Below are positions 18,453-28,566 of a DNA stretch of 64,000 bases, in pieces. Position numbers and translations under genes: made by a program. This DNA comes from Candidatus Latescibacterota bacterium. GTDB lineage: Bacteria; Latescibacterota; UBA2968; UBA8231. A model generated the notes under the pieces. It saw nothing but the letters and a program-made list of their open reading frames with translations, did not search any database and was not told where the DNA came from. Each line of letters starts with the position of its first letter. The stretch's first letter is position 1. Location: NCBI GenBank assembly GCA_965208105.1, contig OZ242318.1, positions 2,560,001 to 2,624,000 on the forward strand, given 5' to 3'.

Positions 18453-19799
18453 TCAGTTCAGATGGCGTTTCACCTGGCTTCTGACCAGTTCTCGAAGGGC
18501 GGGATCGTCGAGGCAGAATATACGGAAGATCTTGGCCTGATCTTCGAAGTTGAGAAGAAGGGAATCGCGCAGCCGCGAGACTTCCGGATCGTCGAAGGTC
18601 AGGGGGTCCGCCTTGTCGCCGGGCATCTCCTTCCCGTAGAAAACCTTTAGATCTACCTCGGGGCTTTTGTCGAAGCTGGGGATATCGATGAGGATCTCGT
18701 GGCCTTTCAGGTCGCGTCCCAGGCGCCGGCCGAATTCCCGGCACAACTCGATCTCCTTGGCGCGCCGCTTGTGAGGGTTGCGGTAGAGATCGTAGAAATA
18801 ATGCACCAGGTTTTGTTTGCGCTCTCCAGGAGCGATAAAGCTTCCGACTTTGTGAAGACGTCTGAGGAGGGTAATCCTTTTTAGCAGCTGGGCAGACCCT
18901 TCGAGGCCGAGGCGCTCTTGCTCCTGGCGCAGTATGAGGAGCAGTTCGCTCTCGGTAACCCGGTGGAAATCGGAAATTTGCAGGCCGCAGTCCGGGTGCA
19001 GCAGAATGTCCTGGACGGCGCGCTTGAACATGGCCGTCGCCGATCGCACCGAGTGGTGCCAGTAGACGTTGCGGTAGGTCAGGTAATTGGCGAAAATCAG
19101 GGCTTCGACCGCCGACACGCCTTTGCTGGTGATAGCCAGACGCATGTGGCTGGGGTCGAACTTGATGGATGCGATAAGCCGGTCGCGGTTGACGCTTTCG
19201 CCAAAGGGAACCCCGCAGAATAGCGCGTCGCGCAGCAGGTAGTCGATCTTGTCGGGATCGAGTGTGCCGCTCAGAATGTTGGCCAGCAGCATATCGCGGG
19301 GTGGGATGGTGCAGTTTCTGTTCCTGTAGTCGATGACGTTGGCGACGTGCACGGGATCGACCCCGAACTCCCTTTCGAGGATCGGGTATATGCTCCCCTT
19401 CGGGTCCATGATGAGGTGGCGCGCCCGCTCCTCGTGGTGGACGAAATAGGAGGTCAGCTCCTCCAGCGAGTGCGAAAACGGATAGTGTCCGATATCGTGC
19501 AACAAGGTGGCGGCGACGAACACGCGGATATCCTCGTCTTCCAGCACGAGGGGAGGTTCGGATCTGAGCAGGCGGACAAGGAACTGTTTAGCCAGGTGGT
19601 AGACGCCCAGGGAATGTTCAAAGCGCGAATGGCGCGCCCCGGGGTATACCAGGTGGACGAAACCAAGTTGGGTGATGTTGCGAAGGCGCTGGAAGTCTTC
19701 AGTGTCTACAAGGGATAGCACGGGCTCCGGAACGTAGATGTATCCCCACACAGGGTCGCGTATGGCTTTGCCCCGGTTTTCCAGAAGAGGATGATCCAT
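18453..19799 (-). CDS. HD-domain phosphohydrolase (SAMHD1/YwfO-like, putative dNTP triphosphohydrolase)
   Basis: IRDPVWG, FQRLRNITQLG...HSRFEHSLG, LLHDIGHYPFSH, DPDKIDYLLRD, VYWHH. Confidence 0.9.
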   Translation of the reverse strand: MDHPLLENRGKAIRDPVWGYIYVPEPVLSLVDTEDFQRLRNITQLGFVHLVYPGARHSRFEHSLGVYHLAKQFLVRLLRSEPPLVLEDEDIRVFVAATLLHDIGHYPFSHSLEELTSYFVHHEERARHLIMDPKGSIYPILEREFGVDPVHVANVIDYRNRNCTIPPRDMLLANILSGTLDPDKIDYLLRDALFCGVPFGESVNRDRLIASIKFDPSHMRLAITSKGVSAVEALIFANYLTYRNVYWHHSVRSATAMFKRAVQDILLHPDCGLQISDFHRVTESELLLILRQEQERLGLEGSAQLLKRITLLRRLHKVGSFIAPGERKQNLVHYFYDLYRNPHKRRAKEIELCREFGRRLGRDLKGHEILIDIPSFDKSPEVDLKVFYGKEMPGDKADPLTFDDPEVSRLRDSLLLNFEDQAKIFRIFCLDDPALRELVRSQVKRHLN

Positions 19800-19807
19800 G
19801 GCCGGCG

Positions 19808-19836
19808 AATGTAGCTCTGCCGCAAAGCCCTGTCAA
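19808..19836 (-). promoter_or_regulatory. Sigma70-like promoter for the HD gene, probably leaderless
   Basis: TTGACA-17 nt-TACATT-8 nt-ATG(19799). No SD. Confidence 0.65.
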
Positions 19837-19948
19837 GTTCAGGTTCCCCATGGAGAGCGGTGGAACCAGACTGGATCCAGAGGCGAAATTTAATGGTTAA
19901 CTATATATTTTACTCCTATTTATGATATATTTTCCAGATTCCGGATAG

Positions 19949-19977
19949 TTGACGCAGCGCAGATGATTCCTTATTAT
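19949..19977 (+). promoter_or_regulatory. Sigma70-like promoter for the ndk-fab operon
   Basis: TTGACG-17 nt-TATTAT, preceded by an AT-rich UP-like tract. Confidence 0.65.
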
Positions 19978-20034
19978 AGACGGTTTCCCAAAACGGTGTA
20001 GACCTGTAGCCACCTGCAGCCCGGGTTCATCCAT

Positions 20035-20442
20035 ATGGAACGCACATTGATGATCATCAAGCCGGACGCCGTCGCCAGAAGCGCGACGGGCGAGATTTTG
20101 CGCCGGGTCGAGGCCGAGGGGTTCGTGCTGCGCCGTTTGCACATGAGGCACCTTTCCAGGGAGCAGGCCGAAGGATTCTACGCCGTTCACAAGGAACGGC
20201 CGTTTTTCGCCGACCTTGTCGAGTTCATGATCTCCGGACCAGTGGTCCCCATGGTGCTGGAACGCGAAAATGCCGTAGCCCATCTGCGGCGATTCATTGG
20301 TGAGACGGACAGCAGCAAGGCCGCCGCGGGCACGATACGACGGGATTTTGGCACGGACGTCCAGTGCAACGCGGTCCATGCCTCCGATTCGGTTGAGAAT
20401 GCGGCTCGGGAGATCGCCTATCTCTTTGCCGGAGATTCCTGA
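20035..20442 (+). CDS. ndk: Nucleoside-diphosphate kinase
   Basis: [36 protein letters not shown]. Confidence 0.97.
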   Translation: MERTLMIIKPDAVARSATGEILRRVEAEGFVLRRLHMRHLSREQAEGFYAVHKERPFFADLVEFMISGPVVPMVLERENAVAHLRRFIGETDSSKAAAGTIRRDFGTDVQCNAVHASDSVENAAREIAYLFAGDS

Positions 20443-20990
20443 TGCCTGCACGGAAGATCGACGCTGCTTCCACCACCCTTGTGCTCGACGAATTGGACGA
20501 AGGGACCTCCCTGATCGAACTGGAGATATCCCCTCCGGACCTGGAGCTGGAAGACAGCTATTTCAACTTCCCCGGGTCCCTCCGGGCCTCTCTCGAGGTA
20601 AGCCGCAGCATCAATACCTATACAGTCAGCGGCAAGATCAGCGGCCTGATCCAATCCGAGTGCTGCCGCTGCCTGGCCGAGGTAGACCAGATTCTGGAGG
20701 CCCCCATGCGCATGCTGTTTCAGCGCAGGCAGGCCAGCGAGGAAGAGTTGGAGGCTGTCGCCGCGGACGAAGATATGGAGATCTACGATCCGGGAACCCG
20801 GGAGATCGACCTGAAGAGCCAGATCTGCGACGCGGTCGTTCTCGAACTCCCCTTGAGAATCTTCTGCAGCGATACCTGCAGGGGCCTCTGTCCCCAATGC
20901 GGCCAGGACTTGAACCAAGAAGCATGCAACTGCAAGGCCGAAGCCGAGGACCCGCGCTGGGCGGCCCTCAAGAAGGTTAAATTTTCCTGA
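20442..20990 (+). CDS. yceD: YceD/DUF177 family protein
   Basis: ECCRCL and CSDTCRGLCPQCGQDLN...DPRWAALK. Canonical position before rpmF. Confidence 0.92.
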   Translation: MPARKIDAASTTLVLDELDEGTSLIELEISPPDLELEDSYFNFPGSLRASLEVSRSINTYTVSGKISGLIQSECCRCLAEVDQILEAPMRMLFQRRQASEEELEAVAADEDMEIYDPGTREIDLKSQICDAVVLELPLRIFCSDTCRGLCPQCGQDLNQEACNCKAEAEDPRWAALKKVKFS

Positions 20991-21039
20991 TCCTCCACCT
21001 CCTGAGGTGTGGGCCCATTGCCGAAAGGAAAAAGTCAAA

Positions 21040-21222
21040 ATGCCTGCCGTACCTAAAAGGCGCATTTCGCGCACGCGCCGGAACAAGCGCCGAACCCACT
21101 GGAAAATGGCCGCGCCGGCCACCACCACCTGCTCCCATTGCGGCCAACCCGCCGTGCCCCATCGAGTCTGCAGCAGTTGCGGGTTCTATCGCGGAAGAGA
21201 GTACGTCGAAGCGGAGGTTTAG
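21040..21222 (+). CDS. rpmF: 50S ribosomal protein L32 (zinc-ribbon type)
   Basis: AVPKRRISRTRRNKRRTHW..CSHCG..PHRVCSSCGFYRG. Confidence 0.97.
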   Translation: MPAVPKRRISRTRRNKRRTHWKMAAPATTTCSHCGQPAVPHRVCSSCGFYRGREYVEAEV

Positions 21223-21375
21223 CTCGGGCACATCCACTCCGGGGCACGCGGATTTCTGAAATATCCACTGGTTCCAGAGCGAGGCCGGGAGCGTGGCGAA
21301 TGCCGCCGCGGCTGTCCCGCCGATTCCCCGGGGATGCTGACAGCAATGAAGCCGATTCAGACGAGAGGGATTTGA

Positions 21376-22380
21376 GTGCCCGCGCGCGGGAAAAAATACA
21401 ACGCCATCATCTCGGCTGTCGAACACAGCCTGCCAGAAAAGGTCCTGACCAACTCCGACCTGGAAAAGATCATCGATACCTCCGATGCCTGGATTCGCGA
21501 GCGCACGGGAATCGTCGAACGGCGTATCCTTCAGGGGCAGCCCACATCGGCAATGGCCGTCGAGGTCGCGCGGAAGATCCTGGAGCGCCGGCAACTGGAT
21601 CCAGGGGAAATCGACCTCATCATCGTGGCGACCATCACTCCCGACATGGTCTTTCCCTCCACGGCATGCCTCGTGCAGGACAAGATCGGGGCCACCCGGG
21701 CATGGGCTTACGATCTGTCCGCCGCCTGTTCGGGTTTTGTCTATGCCCTGGCCGCAGGAGCTCAGTGCATAGAAAGCGGAGCACACCGCAAGGTGCTGGT
21801 CATAGGAGCCGACAAGATGAGCGCCATCACCGACTTTGAGGACAGGTCAACCTGTATCCTCTTTGGAGACGGCGGCGGCGGCGTTCTGCTCGAGCGCTCG
21901 GAGGACCATGGGCTGGGCCTGCTCGATTTCGAGTTGCGCGCCGACGGCTCGGGAGTCGAGTGCCTCCACATGAAAGGTGGGGGCAGCCTCCACCCCGCCT
22001 CGCACGAATCCGTGGACCAGCGCCTGCACTACATCCGGCAGGAGGGACGCACCGTCTTCAAGTTCGCCGTGCTGAAGATGGCGGAATCGTCCATGGAGCT
22101 GCTGGAAAGGAACGGCCTGACCAGTGCAGACCTGAGCCTCTTCATACCCCACCAGGCCAATTTGCGCATAATCAACGCCACCGCCGAGCGCATGAACCTG
22201 CCTCCCGAAAAGGTGGCGATCAACATCGACCGCTACGGCAACACCACCGCCGGCACGATTCCCATCGCCTTGTCCGAAGCTCACGAGGAAGGACGGCTGG
22301 ACGTAGGAGACCTCCTCCTGATGACCGCGGTCGGCGGTGGGCTGACATGGGGGAGCGCACTCTTCCGCTGGGCGATATGA
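21376..22380 (+). CDS. fabH: 3-oxoacyl-ACP synthase III
   Basis: WIRERTGI, DLSAACSGF, LFGDGGG, PHQANLRII, YGNTTAG. Confidence 0.96.
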   Translation: MPARGKKYNAIISAVEHSLPEKVLTNSDLEKIIDTSDAWIRERTGIVERRILQGQPTSAMAVEVARKILERRQLDPGEIDLIIVATITPDMVFPSTACLVQDKIGATRAWAYDLSAACSGFVYALAAGAQCIESGAHRKVLVIGADKMSAITDFEDRSTCILFGDGGGGVLLERSEDHGLGLLDFELRADGSGVECLHMKGGGSLHPASHESVDQRLHYIRQEGRTVFKFAVLKMAESSMELLERNGLTSADLSLFIPHQANLRIINATAERMNLPPEKVAINIDRYGNTTAGTIPIALSEAHEEGRLDVGDLLLMTAVGGGLTWGSALFRWAI

Positions 22381-23330
22381 CCGACTTTGCCTTTTTGTTT
22401 CCGGGACAGGCCTCGCAGTTTGTGGGCATGGGGAAGGACCTCTACGAAGATTCCGCGGCAGCCCGCGCCATTTTCGATGAGGCCGACGAAGTGATGGGAA
22501 CTGCGCTGACCGAGCTGTGTTTCTCCGGACCCAGGGAGGCCCTGCAACAGACAGCAATCACCCAGCCGGCAGTCTTCGTGCACAGCGTGGCCGCCTGCCG
22601 GCTCCTTCAAGCCCATGGGTTGGAGCCCGCCTTCGTGGCAGGGCACAGCCTGGGGGAATACTCGGCCCTGGTGGCCGCGGGTTCCCTCGCCTACAGGGAA
22701 GGGCTGGAACTGGTCAAGAGGCGCGGACAACTGATGCAGCAGGCCGGCGCGGACTCCCCCGGAACCATGGCCGCCATTATCGGCCTGGACGACGAGGTGG
22801 TCAGCGCGCTTTGCCAGCAGGCCGGGGAGGCGGGGACCGTGGTTGCTGCCAACTTCAATGCACCTGGCCAGGTGGCCGTATCGGGGGAGACAGCCGCCGT
22901 TGAGCGGGTACGGGAATTGGCCCTGGAAGCCGGGGCCAAGCGGGCTTTGGAGCTGGAGGTCAGCGGCGCATTTCACTCACCCCTGATGGAGCCGGCCGCC
23001 CGCGAGATGAGGGAGATCCTTCAGGAAGCGGAAATAAGAACACCCGGCTCCCCGGTAGTTACCAACGTCGCCGCCCGCCCCGTAGGCCATCCGGAGGAAC
23101 TGCGCAAGCACCTGATCGCCCAGATTACTCAACCGGTGCGCTGGACCGAGTCCATCCTCTCCCTGCACGCCAACGGCGTGGTGCGCGCCGCAGAGGTGGG
23201 ACCGGGGGCCGTGTTGAAGGGGCTGGTACGGCGCATCGAACGCCGCATGCGGGTAATTTCGGCAGGCACGGCTGCGGACCTCGCCGCCGCGGCCGCCAAC
23301 ATTGGAACAGGCCAAGCTTCGCGCCGGTAA
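22377..23330 (+). CDS. fabD: Malonyl-CoA-ACP transacylase
   Basis: FLFPGQASQ, TQPA, GHSLGEY, VSGAFHSPLM. ATGA overlap with fabH. Confidence 0.96.
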   Translation: MTDFAFLFPGQASQFVGMGKDLYEDSAAARAIFDEADEVMGTALTELCFSGPREALQQTAITQPAVFVHSVAACRLLQAHGLEPAFVAGHSLGEYSALVAAGSLAYREGLELVKRRGQLMQQAGADSPGTMAAIIGLDDEVVSALCQQAGEAGTVVAANFNAPGQVAVSGETAAVERVRELALEAGAKRALELEVSGAFHSPLMEPAAREMREILQEAEIRTPGSPVVTNVAARPVGHPEELRKHLIAQITQPVRWTESILSLHANGVVRAAEVGPGAVLKGLVRRIERRMRVISAGTAADLAAAAANIGTGQASRR

Positions 23331-23430
23331 ACCCCGGTGGATATCCTTCCCGGAGCCAGGAGACCGCCCGCCTTCCGTCCATGTCTTTCACCTGCACCGG
23401 CCATTCGCCATCAGGCCAACGAGGACAATT

Positions 23431-24177
23431 ATGCAACCACTTCTTGGAAAGGTAGCCCTGGTAACGGGAGGGTCGCGCGGCATCGGCCGGGCCATCGCCC
23501 TTCGCCTTGCCGAGGCCGGCGCGAGTGTGGCCGTTTGCTCTCGCAATCTGGAAGCGGCCCAAGCCGTCGGGGACGAAATATCGGCCGGGGGGGGGAATTT
23601 TCTCGCACGGCAAAGCGACGTGGCCGATGCTGCCCAGGTCGACCAGCTTATCAAGGATATCACGGCTACCCTGGGGAGTCTGGACATCCTCGTGAACAAC
23701 GCCGGGATCAACCGGGACAACCTGCTGCTGCGCATGAAGGAAGAAGAGTGGGACAGGGTAATGGACATCAATTTGAAAGGCACCTTCAACTGCTGCAAGG
23801 CTGCCGCCCGGCCCATGGTCAAGGCCCGGGGCGGGCGCATTGTCAACATTTCTTCCGTCGTGGGCATCAGCGGCAATCCCGGACAGGCCAACTACGCCGC
23901 CTCCAAGGCCGGCTTGATCGGCTTTACCAAGACTCTGGCGCGGGAATTGGCCTCCAGGAGCATCACCGCAAACGTCGTGGCTCCGGGCCTGATCTCCGAA
24001 ACCGGGATGACCTCCGACCTGCCCTCACAAGTGGTGGATCAAATGTTGGCGCAAATTCCACTGGGACGCCCCGGCACGCCCGACGATGTCGCCCGGGCCG
24101 TCCTCTTCTTGACCTCGGACCACGGGGCATACATTACAGGGCAGGTAATTCAGGTCGACGGCGGCATGGCCATGTAG
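23431..24177 (+). CDS. fabG: 3-oxoacyl-ACP reductase
   Basis: [37 protein letters not shown]. Confidence 0.96.
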   Translation: MQPLLGKVALVTGGSRGIGRAIALRLAEAGASVAVCSRNLEAAQAVGDEISAGGGNFLARQSDVADAAQVDQLIKDITATLGSLDILVNNAGINRDNLLLRMKEEEWDRVMDINLKGTFNCCKAAARPMVKARGGRIVNISSVVGISGNPGQANYAASKAGLIGFTKTLARELASRSITANVVAPGLISETGMTSDLPSQVVDQMLAQIPLGRPGTPDDVARAVLFLTSDHGAYITGQVIQVDGGMAM

Positions 24178-24206
24178 CTGGACTTTCTCCATCTTTTTTT
24201 TATACT
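24178..24206 (+). promoter_or_regulatory. Possible internal promoter for acpP
   Basis: TGGACT-16 nt-TATACT in the fabG-acpP gap. Confidence 0.4.
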
Positions 24207-24262
24207 TGCTTGTGTTGCCGAAAAAATTACAACCCAAACTCAATTTTCACGGAGGTTTCAAA

Positions 24263-24502
24263 ATGTCTTCTATCGATGAGCGCGTAAGCGATCTGGTCGT
24301 CGAACAACTGGGTGTAAGCCAGGATCAGGTTACTCCCGAGGCTTCGTTCATCGATGATCTGGGGGCTGATTCCCTGGACACCGTCGAGCTGGTCATGGCC
24401 TTCGAGGAAGAATTCGGAATCGACATTCCGGACGAGGACGCCGAGAAGATCGTGACCGTTTCCGACGCCATTAAATATCTGGACGAGCACAGCAAAGCCT
24501 GA
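24263..24502 (+). CDS. acpP: Acyl carrier protein
   Basis: [27 protein letters not shown]. Confidence 0.98.
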   Translation: MSSIDERVSDLVVEQLGVSQDQVTPEASFIDDLGADSLDTVELVMAFEEEFGIDIPDEDAEKIVTVSDAIKYLDEHSKA

Positions 24503-24522
24503 GCTTATCGGGGAGCGATTCC

Positions 24523-25767
24523 TTGTCTAGACGAAGAGTAGCAATCACAGGGGTGGGCGTTCTGGCGCCCAACGGCAACGATTTCGAGTCCTTCTGGAAC
24601 AACCTCCTCAACGGCCGCTCCGGCATCGGTCTGATCACCCACTTCGACACCTCGGACCACGCCGTAAAAATCGCCGGCGAGGTCAAGAATTTCGACCCTT
24701 CGGTTGCGCTTGACCGCAAGGAGGTCCGGCGCAACGATCCCTTCGTCCATTACGCAGTCTATGTCGCGGACCAGGCCGTCGCCGACGCCGGGCTCGATAT
24801 GGCCGCTCTCGATTCAGATCGGGTCGGTGTCATCTTCGGTTCCGGCATAGGTGGGATCAATGCACTGGAGAATCAGCATTCCACCCTGATGCGAAGAGGT
24901 CCCAGGCGAATAAGTCCGTTCTTCGTGCCCATGATGATCAGTGACATGTCGGCGGGCATGATCTCCATGAAATTCGGCGCCAAGGGACCCAACTACACCA
25001 CCGTATCGGCCTGTTCGTCCGCGGCTCACGCCATTGGCGAGGCCGCCCGCAAGATTCAGTACGGAGAGGCCGACGTCATGATCACGGGCGGCTCCGAAGC
25101 AGCGATTTCGCCCATATCGCTGGCGGGGTTTACCTCCGCCCAGGCCCTGTCCCCTCGCAACGACGAGCCCGAGCGCGCCAGCCGCCCTTTTGACGCCGAG
25201 CGCAATGGCTTCGTTATCGGCGAAGGAGGGGGCGGCCTGGTGCTTGAAGAGCTGGAGCAGGCTCGCCGCCGCGGCGCCAGCATCTGGGGCGAGTTCCTGG
25301 GGCTTGGATTCACGGCGGACGCCTACCACCAGACTGCCATGGCTCCCGGGGGCGAAGGAGGGGCGCGGGCAATGAGAGTGGCTCTCGGCGACGCGAGTGT
25401 ATCCCCTGGAGACATCGGATATCTGAATGCGCATGGAACCTCCACGCCACTGGGAGACAGCGAAGAAACCGCAGCGGTCAAGACCGCGTTCGGCGCGGAC
25501 GTCAACTCACTCGCCATTAGTTCGACCAAGTCGATGACAGGCCATCTGCTGGGTGCCGCGGGAGCTGTCGAGACCATTGCGTGCCTGGGCGCGCTCAAGC
25601 TCGGCGTCCTGCCGCCCACCATCAACTACGAACATCCGGACCCGGCCTGTGACCTCGACTACGTCCCCAATTCCGCCCGGGAAGCCGACGTTCGCTATGC
25701 GATGAATAATTCCTTCGGCTTCGGCGGACACAATGTCTCCCTGGTCTTCGGGCGTTTTGATGGTTGA
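24523..25767 (+). CDS. fabF: 3-oxoacyl-ACP synthase II
   Basis: RRVAITG, SACSSAAHAIG, NAHGTSTPLGD, KSMTGHLLGAAG, NSFGFGGHN. Confidence 0.97.
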   Translation: MSRRRVAITGVGVLAPNGNDFESFWNNLLNGRSGIGLITHFDTSDHAVKIAGEVKNFDPSVALDRKEVRRNDPFVHYAVYVADQAVADAGLDMAALDSDRVGVIFGSGIGGINALENQHSTLMRRGPRRISPFFVPMMISDMSAGMISMKFGAKGPNYTTVSACSSAAHAIGEAARKIQYGEADVMITGGSEAAISPISLAGFTSAQALSPRNDEPERASRPFDAERNGFVIGEGGGGLVLEELEQARRRGASIWGEFLGLGFTADAYHQTAMAPGGEGGARAMRVALGDASVSPGDIGYLNAHGTSTPLGDSEETAAVKTAFGADVNSLAISSTKSMTGHLLGAAGAVETIACLGALKLGVLPPTINYEHPDPACDLDYVPNSAREADVRYAMNNSFGFGGHNVSLVFGRFDG

Positions 25768-25773
25768 GACGAA

Positions 25774-26694
25774 ATGAGCTGGCTTGCAGCCCTCAGAAGC
25801 CGTCTCATACCCCCACCCGGCCTTCGCGCAGCCGCCAAAGCGGTTTCCCGGCGCCGCCTTCCCTCGCCCTACCGGCGAGGATACGGCCCCATCGGTCGCC
25901 TGGCCCACGGGCTTTTTGCCCGCCCCCACGGACCCCAGAGGATCTCGGCAAGGTTTCTCCTTGGCCGCCGCTACCGCCTGACCATACCGGACGGATTGTC
26001 TGCCGACACCCTGCGGGAACTGGAAGAGAAGATAGACTACCGGTTCGGCGATCTTTCGCTCCTGGTCACCGCCCTCAAGCACCGCTCGTACGTCTACGCG
26101 CTGCATGGGCACGGCATCGAATCAAACGAAAGGCTCGAGTACCTGGGAGATGCCGTCCTGGACCTGGTCGTCGCCGATTTCCTCTTCCGCAGGTTCAATG
26201 ACAAACGCGAGGGGGACCTGACCCAGATGAAGTCCCTGATCGTAAGCCGCGCAATCCTCGCCCAGAAAGCGCGCAACATCGACCTGGGTCGATATGTCCT
26301 CCTGAGTCCCGAGGAACACAGCGCCGGTGGGGCGAAGCAGCCTTCCATCCTCTGCGATGCCTTTGAAGCCCTTATCGGGGTAATCTACCTTGACGGCGGG
26401 ATCGGAGCTGGACGAAACTTCGTCGAGCGCTTCGTGTTGAACGATTTTGACGAAATGATCCGGCGCGACGACTACATCAACTTCAAGAGCAAATTGCTGG
26501 AGCACACCCAGAGCACGGGCTGCGGACATCCCAAGTATATGGTCCACGCCGAGGAAGGGCCGGACCACCGCAAGGTGTTCAGCGTCGAGGTGAGCGTGAA
26601 TACCGAAAAGCTGGGCTGGGGAAGGGGGCGCAGCAAAAAAGAAGCTCAACAGATGGCAGCCAGGGATGCACTCCAGCGTCTGGGCACACTGTGA
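25774..26694 (+). CDS. rnc: Ribonuclease III (long N-terminal extension, or true start near 25996)
   Basis: ALKHRS, SNERLEYLGDAVL, DAFEALIG and a C-terminal dsRBD (NFKSKLLE...GPDHRKVF...SKKEAQQMAA). Confidence 0.95.
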   Translation: MSWLAALRSRLIPPPGLRAAAKAVSRRRLPSPYRRGYGPIGRLAHGLFARPHGPQRISARFLLGRRYRLTIPDGLSADTLRELEEKIDYRFGDLSLLVTALKHRSYVYALHGHGIESNERLEYLGDAVLDLVVADFLFRRFNDKREGDLTQMKSLIVSRAILAQKARNIDLGRYVLLSPEEHSAGGAKQPSILCDAFEALIGVIYLDGGIGAGRNFVERFVLNDFDEMIRRDDYINFKSKLLEHTQSTGCGHPKYMVHAEEGPDHRKVFSVEVSVNTEKLGWGRGRSKKEAQQMAARDALQRLGTL

Positions 26695-27581
26695 TGCGGG
26701 CATGGCGCTTCGTCGATTCCGGAAAGGCGCGCGGCGCCTTCAACATGGCGGTGGACGAAACCCTGGCGGAAGGACTGAGAGACGGGGAAGGAATGCCGGT
26801 CCTTCGCATGTTCGGCTGGAATCCCCCTGCGGTTTCCCTTGGCTATAATCAGCTTCTTCACAGGGAAGTTGATGTTGAAAAGTGCAGGAGGGCTGGAATC
26901 GACGTGGTTCGGCGTCCAACAGGCGGCCGCGCAGTGCTGCACTGGGAAGAATTGACCTACAGCGTGATCTGCCCGGAGGGCGATGCGAAGCTGGGAGGCA
27001 CCATCGACCTCACCTGCCGGATCGTCGGTGAATGTCTGGCGCTCGGGTTGCAACTCTTCGGAGTCGACGCCACCCTTGAATTGGCTGGGCCTAAAAGGAA
27101 TGCCCTGCGGCCGCGGACCGCGGCGGCGCCGTGTTTCTCCAGCATCTCGCGATGGGAAGTAACCTGCAAAGGCCGTAAATTGATTGGCAGCGCCCAGCGC
27201 CGCATGCAGGGTGTGATCCTGCAGCATGGATCGCTGCTGCTCGGGGCGCAGCACAGAAAGCTGGTGGAGCTGCTGCCGACCTCCGCTCGACCCGTTCGCG
27301 CGCAGTGGACAAGGAGGTTGGAAGAGGGCAGCATTCACCTCCAGGCCTGCACCCCGCAAAAGGTCGACACCTCCGCCCTGGCAGCCTGCCTGGCCGAGGG
27401 CTTCCGCCGCCACTTGCAGGTGGAGATGCAGCCCGAGACTCTGAATTTTCCGGAAAGGCAGCGTGCCGAAGAGCTGATGGCCGAGAAATACGACGACCGC
27501 GAATGGACCTGGAACGCCAGCGCCGGCGCGCAAGAAGCGGCGGCCGGCAGGCCGGGAGTGGAGTCAGGGTTGAATGTCTGA
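26691..27581 (+). CDS. Lipoate-protein ligase / octanoyltransferase (LplA/LipM family)
   Basis: [42 protein letters not shown]. Confidence 0.92.
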   Translation: MMRAWRFVDSGKARGAFNMAVDETLAEGLRDGEGMPVLRMFGWNPPAVSLGYNQLLHREVDVEKCRRAGIDVVRRPTGGRAVLHWEELTYSVICPEGDAKLGGTIDLTCRIVGECLALGLQLFGVDATLELAGPKRNALRPRTAAAPCFSSISRWEVTCKGRKLIGSAQRRMQGVILQHGSLLLGAQHRKLVELLPTSARPVRAQWTRRLEEGSIHLQACTPQKVDTSALAACLAEGFRRHLQVEMQPETLNFPERQRAEELMAEKYDDREWTWNASAGAQEAAAGRPGVESGLNV

Positions 27582-28557
27582 AACTCCTCTATTACGGGTT
27601 CGCGACCTGAGGACCTATTTCTACACGGAAGAAGGCGTCGGCCGTGCAGTGGACGGAGTCACCTTCGAGGTGGACCGCGGGGAAACCCTGGGACTGGTAG
27701 GGGAGAGTGGTTGCGGCAAGAGCGTGAGCGCCCTGTCGGTAATGCGCCTGGTCCCCGAGCCTCCCGGTAAAATCGAATCCGGGCAGATTCTGCTGAAGGA
27801 GCGAAATCTGCTGGAGCTGACCGAAGACGACATGTGCGCCATTCGCGGAGACGACGTGGCCATGATCTTCCAGGAGCCCATGACCAGCCTGAATCCGGTT
27901 CTGACCTGCGGCTACCAGATTGTGGAAGCCGTACTGCTGCACCAGGAGGTTTCAAAGCAGGAGGCCCGGGCAAGGGCCATCGAGATGCTGAAGATGGTCG
28001 GCATTCCCGCTCCCGAACAGCGCATCGACGACTACCCGCATCAATTGAGCGGCGGGATGCGCCAGCGCGTCATGATCGCCATGGCGCTGTCCTGCAATCC
28101 GGACCTGTTGATTGCCGACGAGCCCACCACGGCACTCGACGTGACCATCCAGGCTCAAATCCTCGAACTGCTGGAGCGTCTGCAGGAGGACCTGAGCATG
28201 GCCATACTGTTGATCACCCACGACCTGGGAGTGATCGCCGAAACAGCCGACCGGATAGCGGTCATGTACGCGGGGAAGATCGTCGAGTACGCGTCCACGG
28301 AAAAACTGTTCGGAAATCCCTCACATCCCTATTCCGAGGGGCTTATGCATTCCATTCCCCGCCTGGGCCAACTCCGGGAACGCCTGGAGATCATCCCTGG
28401 CATAGTTCCCGATTCCAGGTACTTTCCAAAGGGGTGCCGGTTCTCTCCCCGCTGTCCCCTCGCCGATGCGCACTGCAGGGAGGAGGAACCCCGGCTGGAA
28501 AAACTGGAAGAAGGACACTGGGTCAGCTGCTGGAAGGCAGAATCAGGAGGGGGTTGA
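27574..28557 (+). CDS. Oligo/dipeptide ABC transporter ATP-binding protein (OppD/DppD type)
   Basis: [30 protein letters not shown] and a C-terminal Cys cluster. Confidence 0.95.
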   Translation: MSETPLLRVRDLRTYFYTEEGVGRAVDGVTFEVDRGETLGLVGESGCGKSVSALSVMRLVPEPPGKIESGQILLKERNLLELTEDDMCAIRGDDVAMIFQEPMTSLNPVLTCGYQIVEAVLLHQEVSKQEARARAIEMLKMVGIPAPEQRIDDYPHQLSGGMRQRVMIAMALSCNPDLLIADEPTTALDVTIQAQILELLERLQEDLSMAILLITHDLGVIAETADRIAVMYAGKIVEYASTEKLFGNPSHPYSEGLMHSIPRLGQLRERLEIIPGIVPDSRYFPKGCRFSPRCPLADAHCREEEPRLEKLEEGHWVSCWKAESGGG

Positions 28558-28566
28558 GGCTCGCAG

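Noticed and set aside
18453-19799. HD protein as an anti-phage dNTPase defence system
   Set aside because: The context is core housekeeping genes with no defence-island neighbours. It cannot be excluded but is unsupported.
19895-19935. NrdR box in the HD/ndk spacer (AACTATATATTTTA)
   Set aside because: Only a partial match lacking the conserved right half. More simply an AT-rich UP element.
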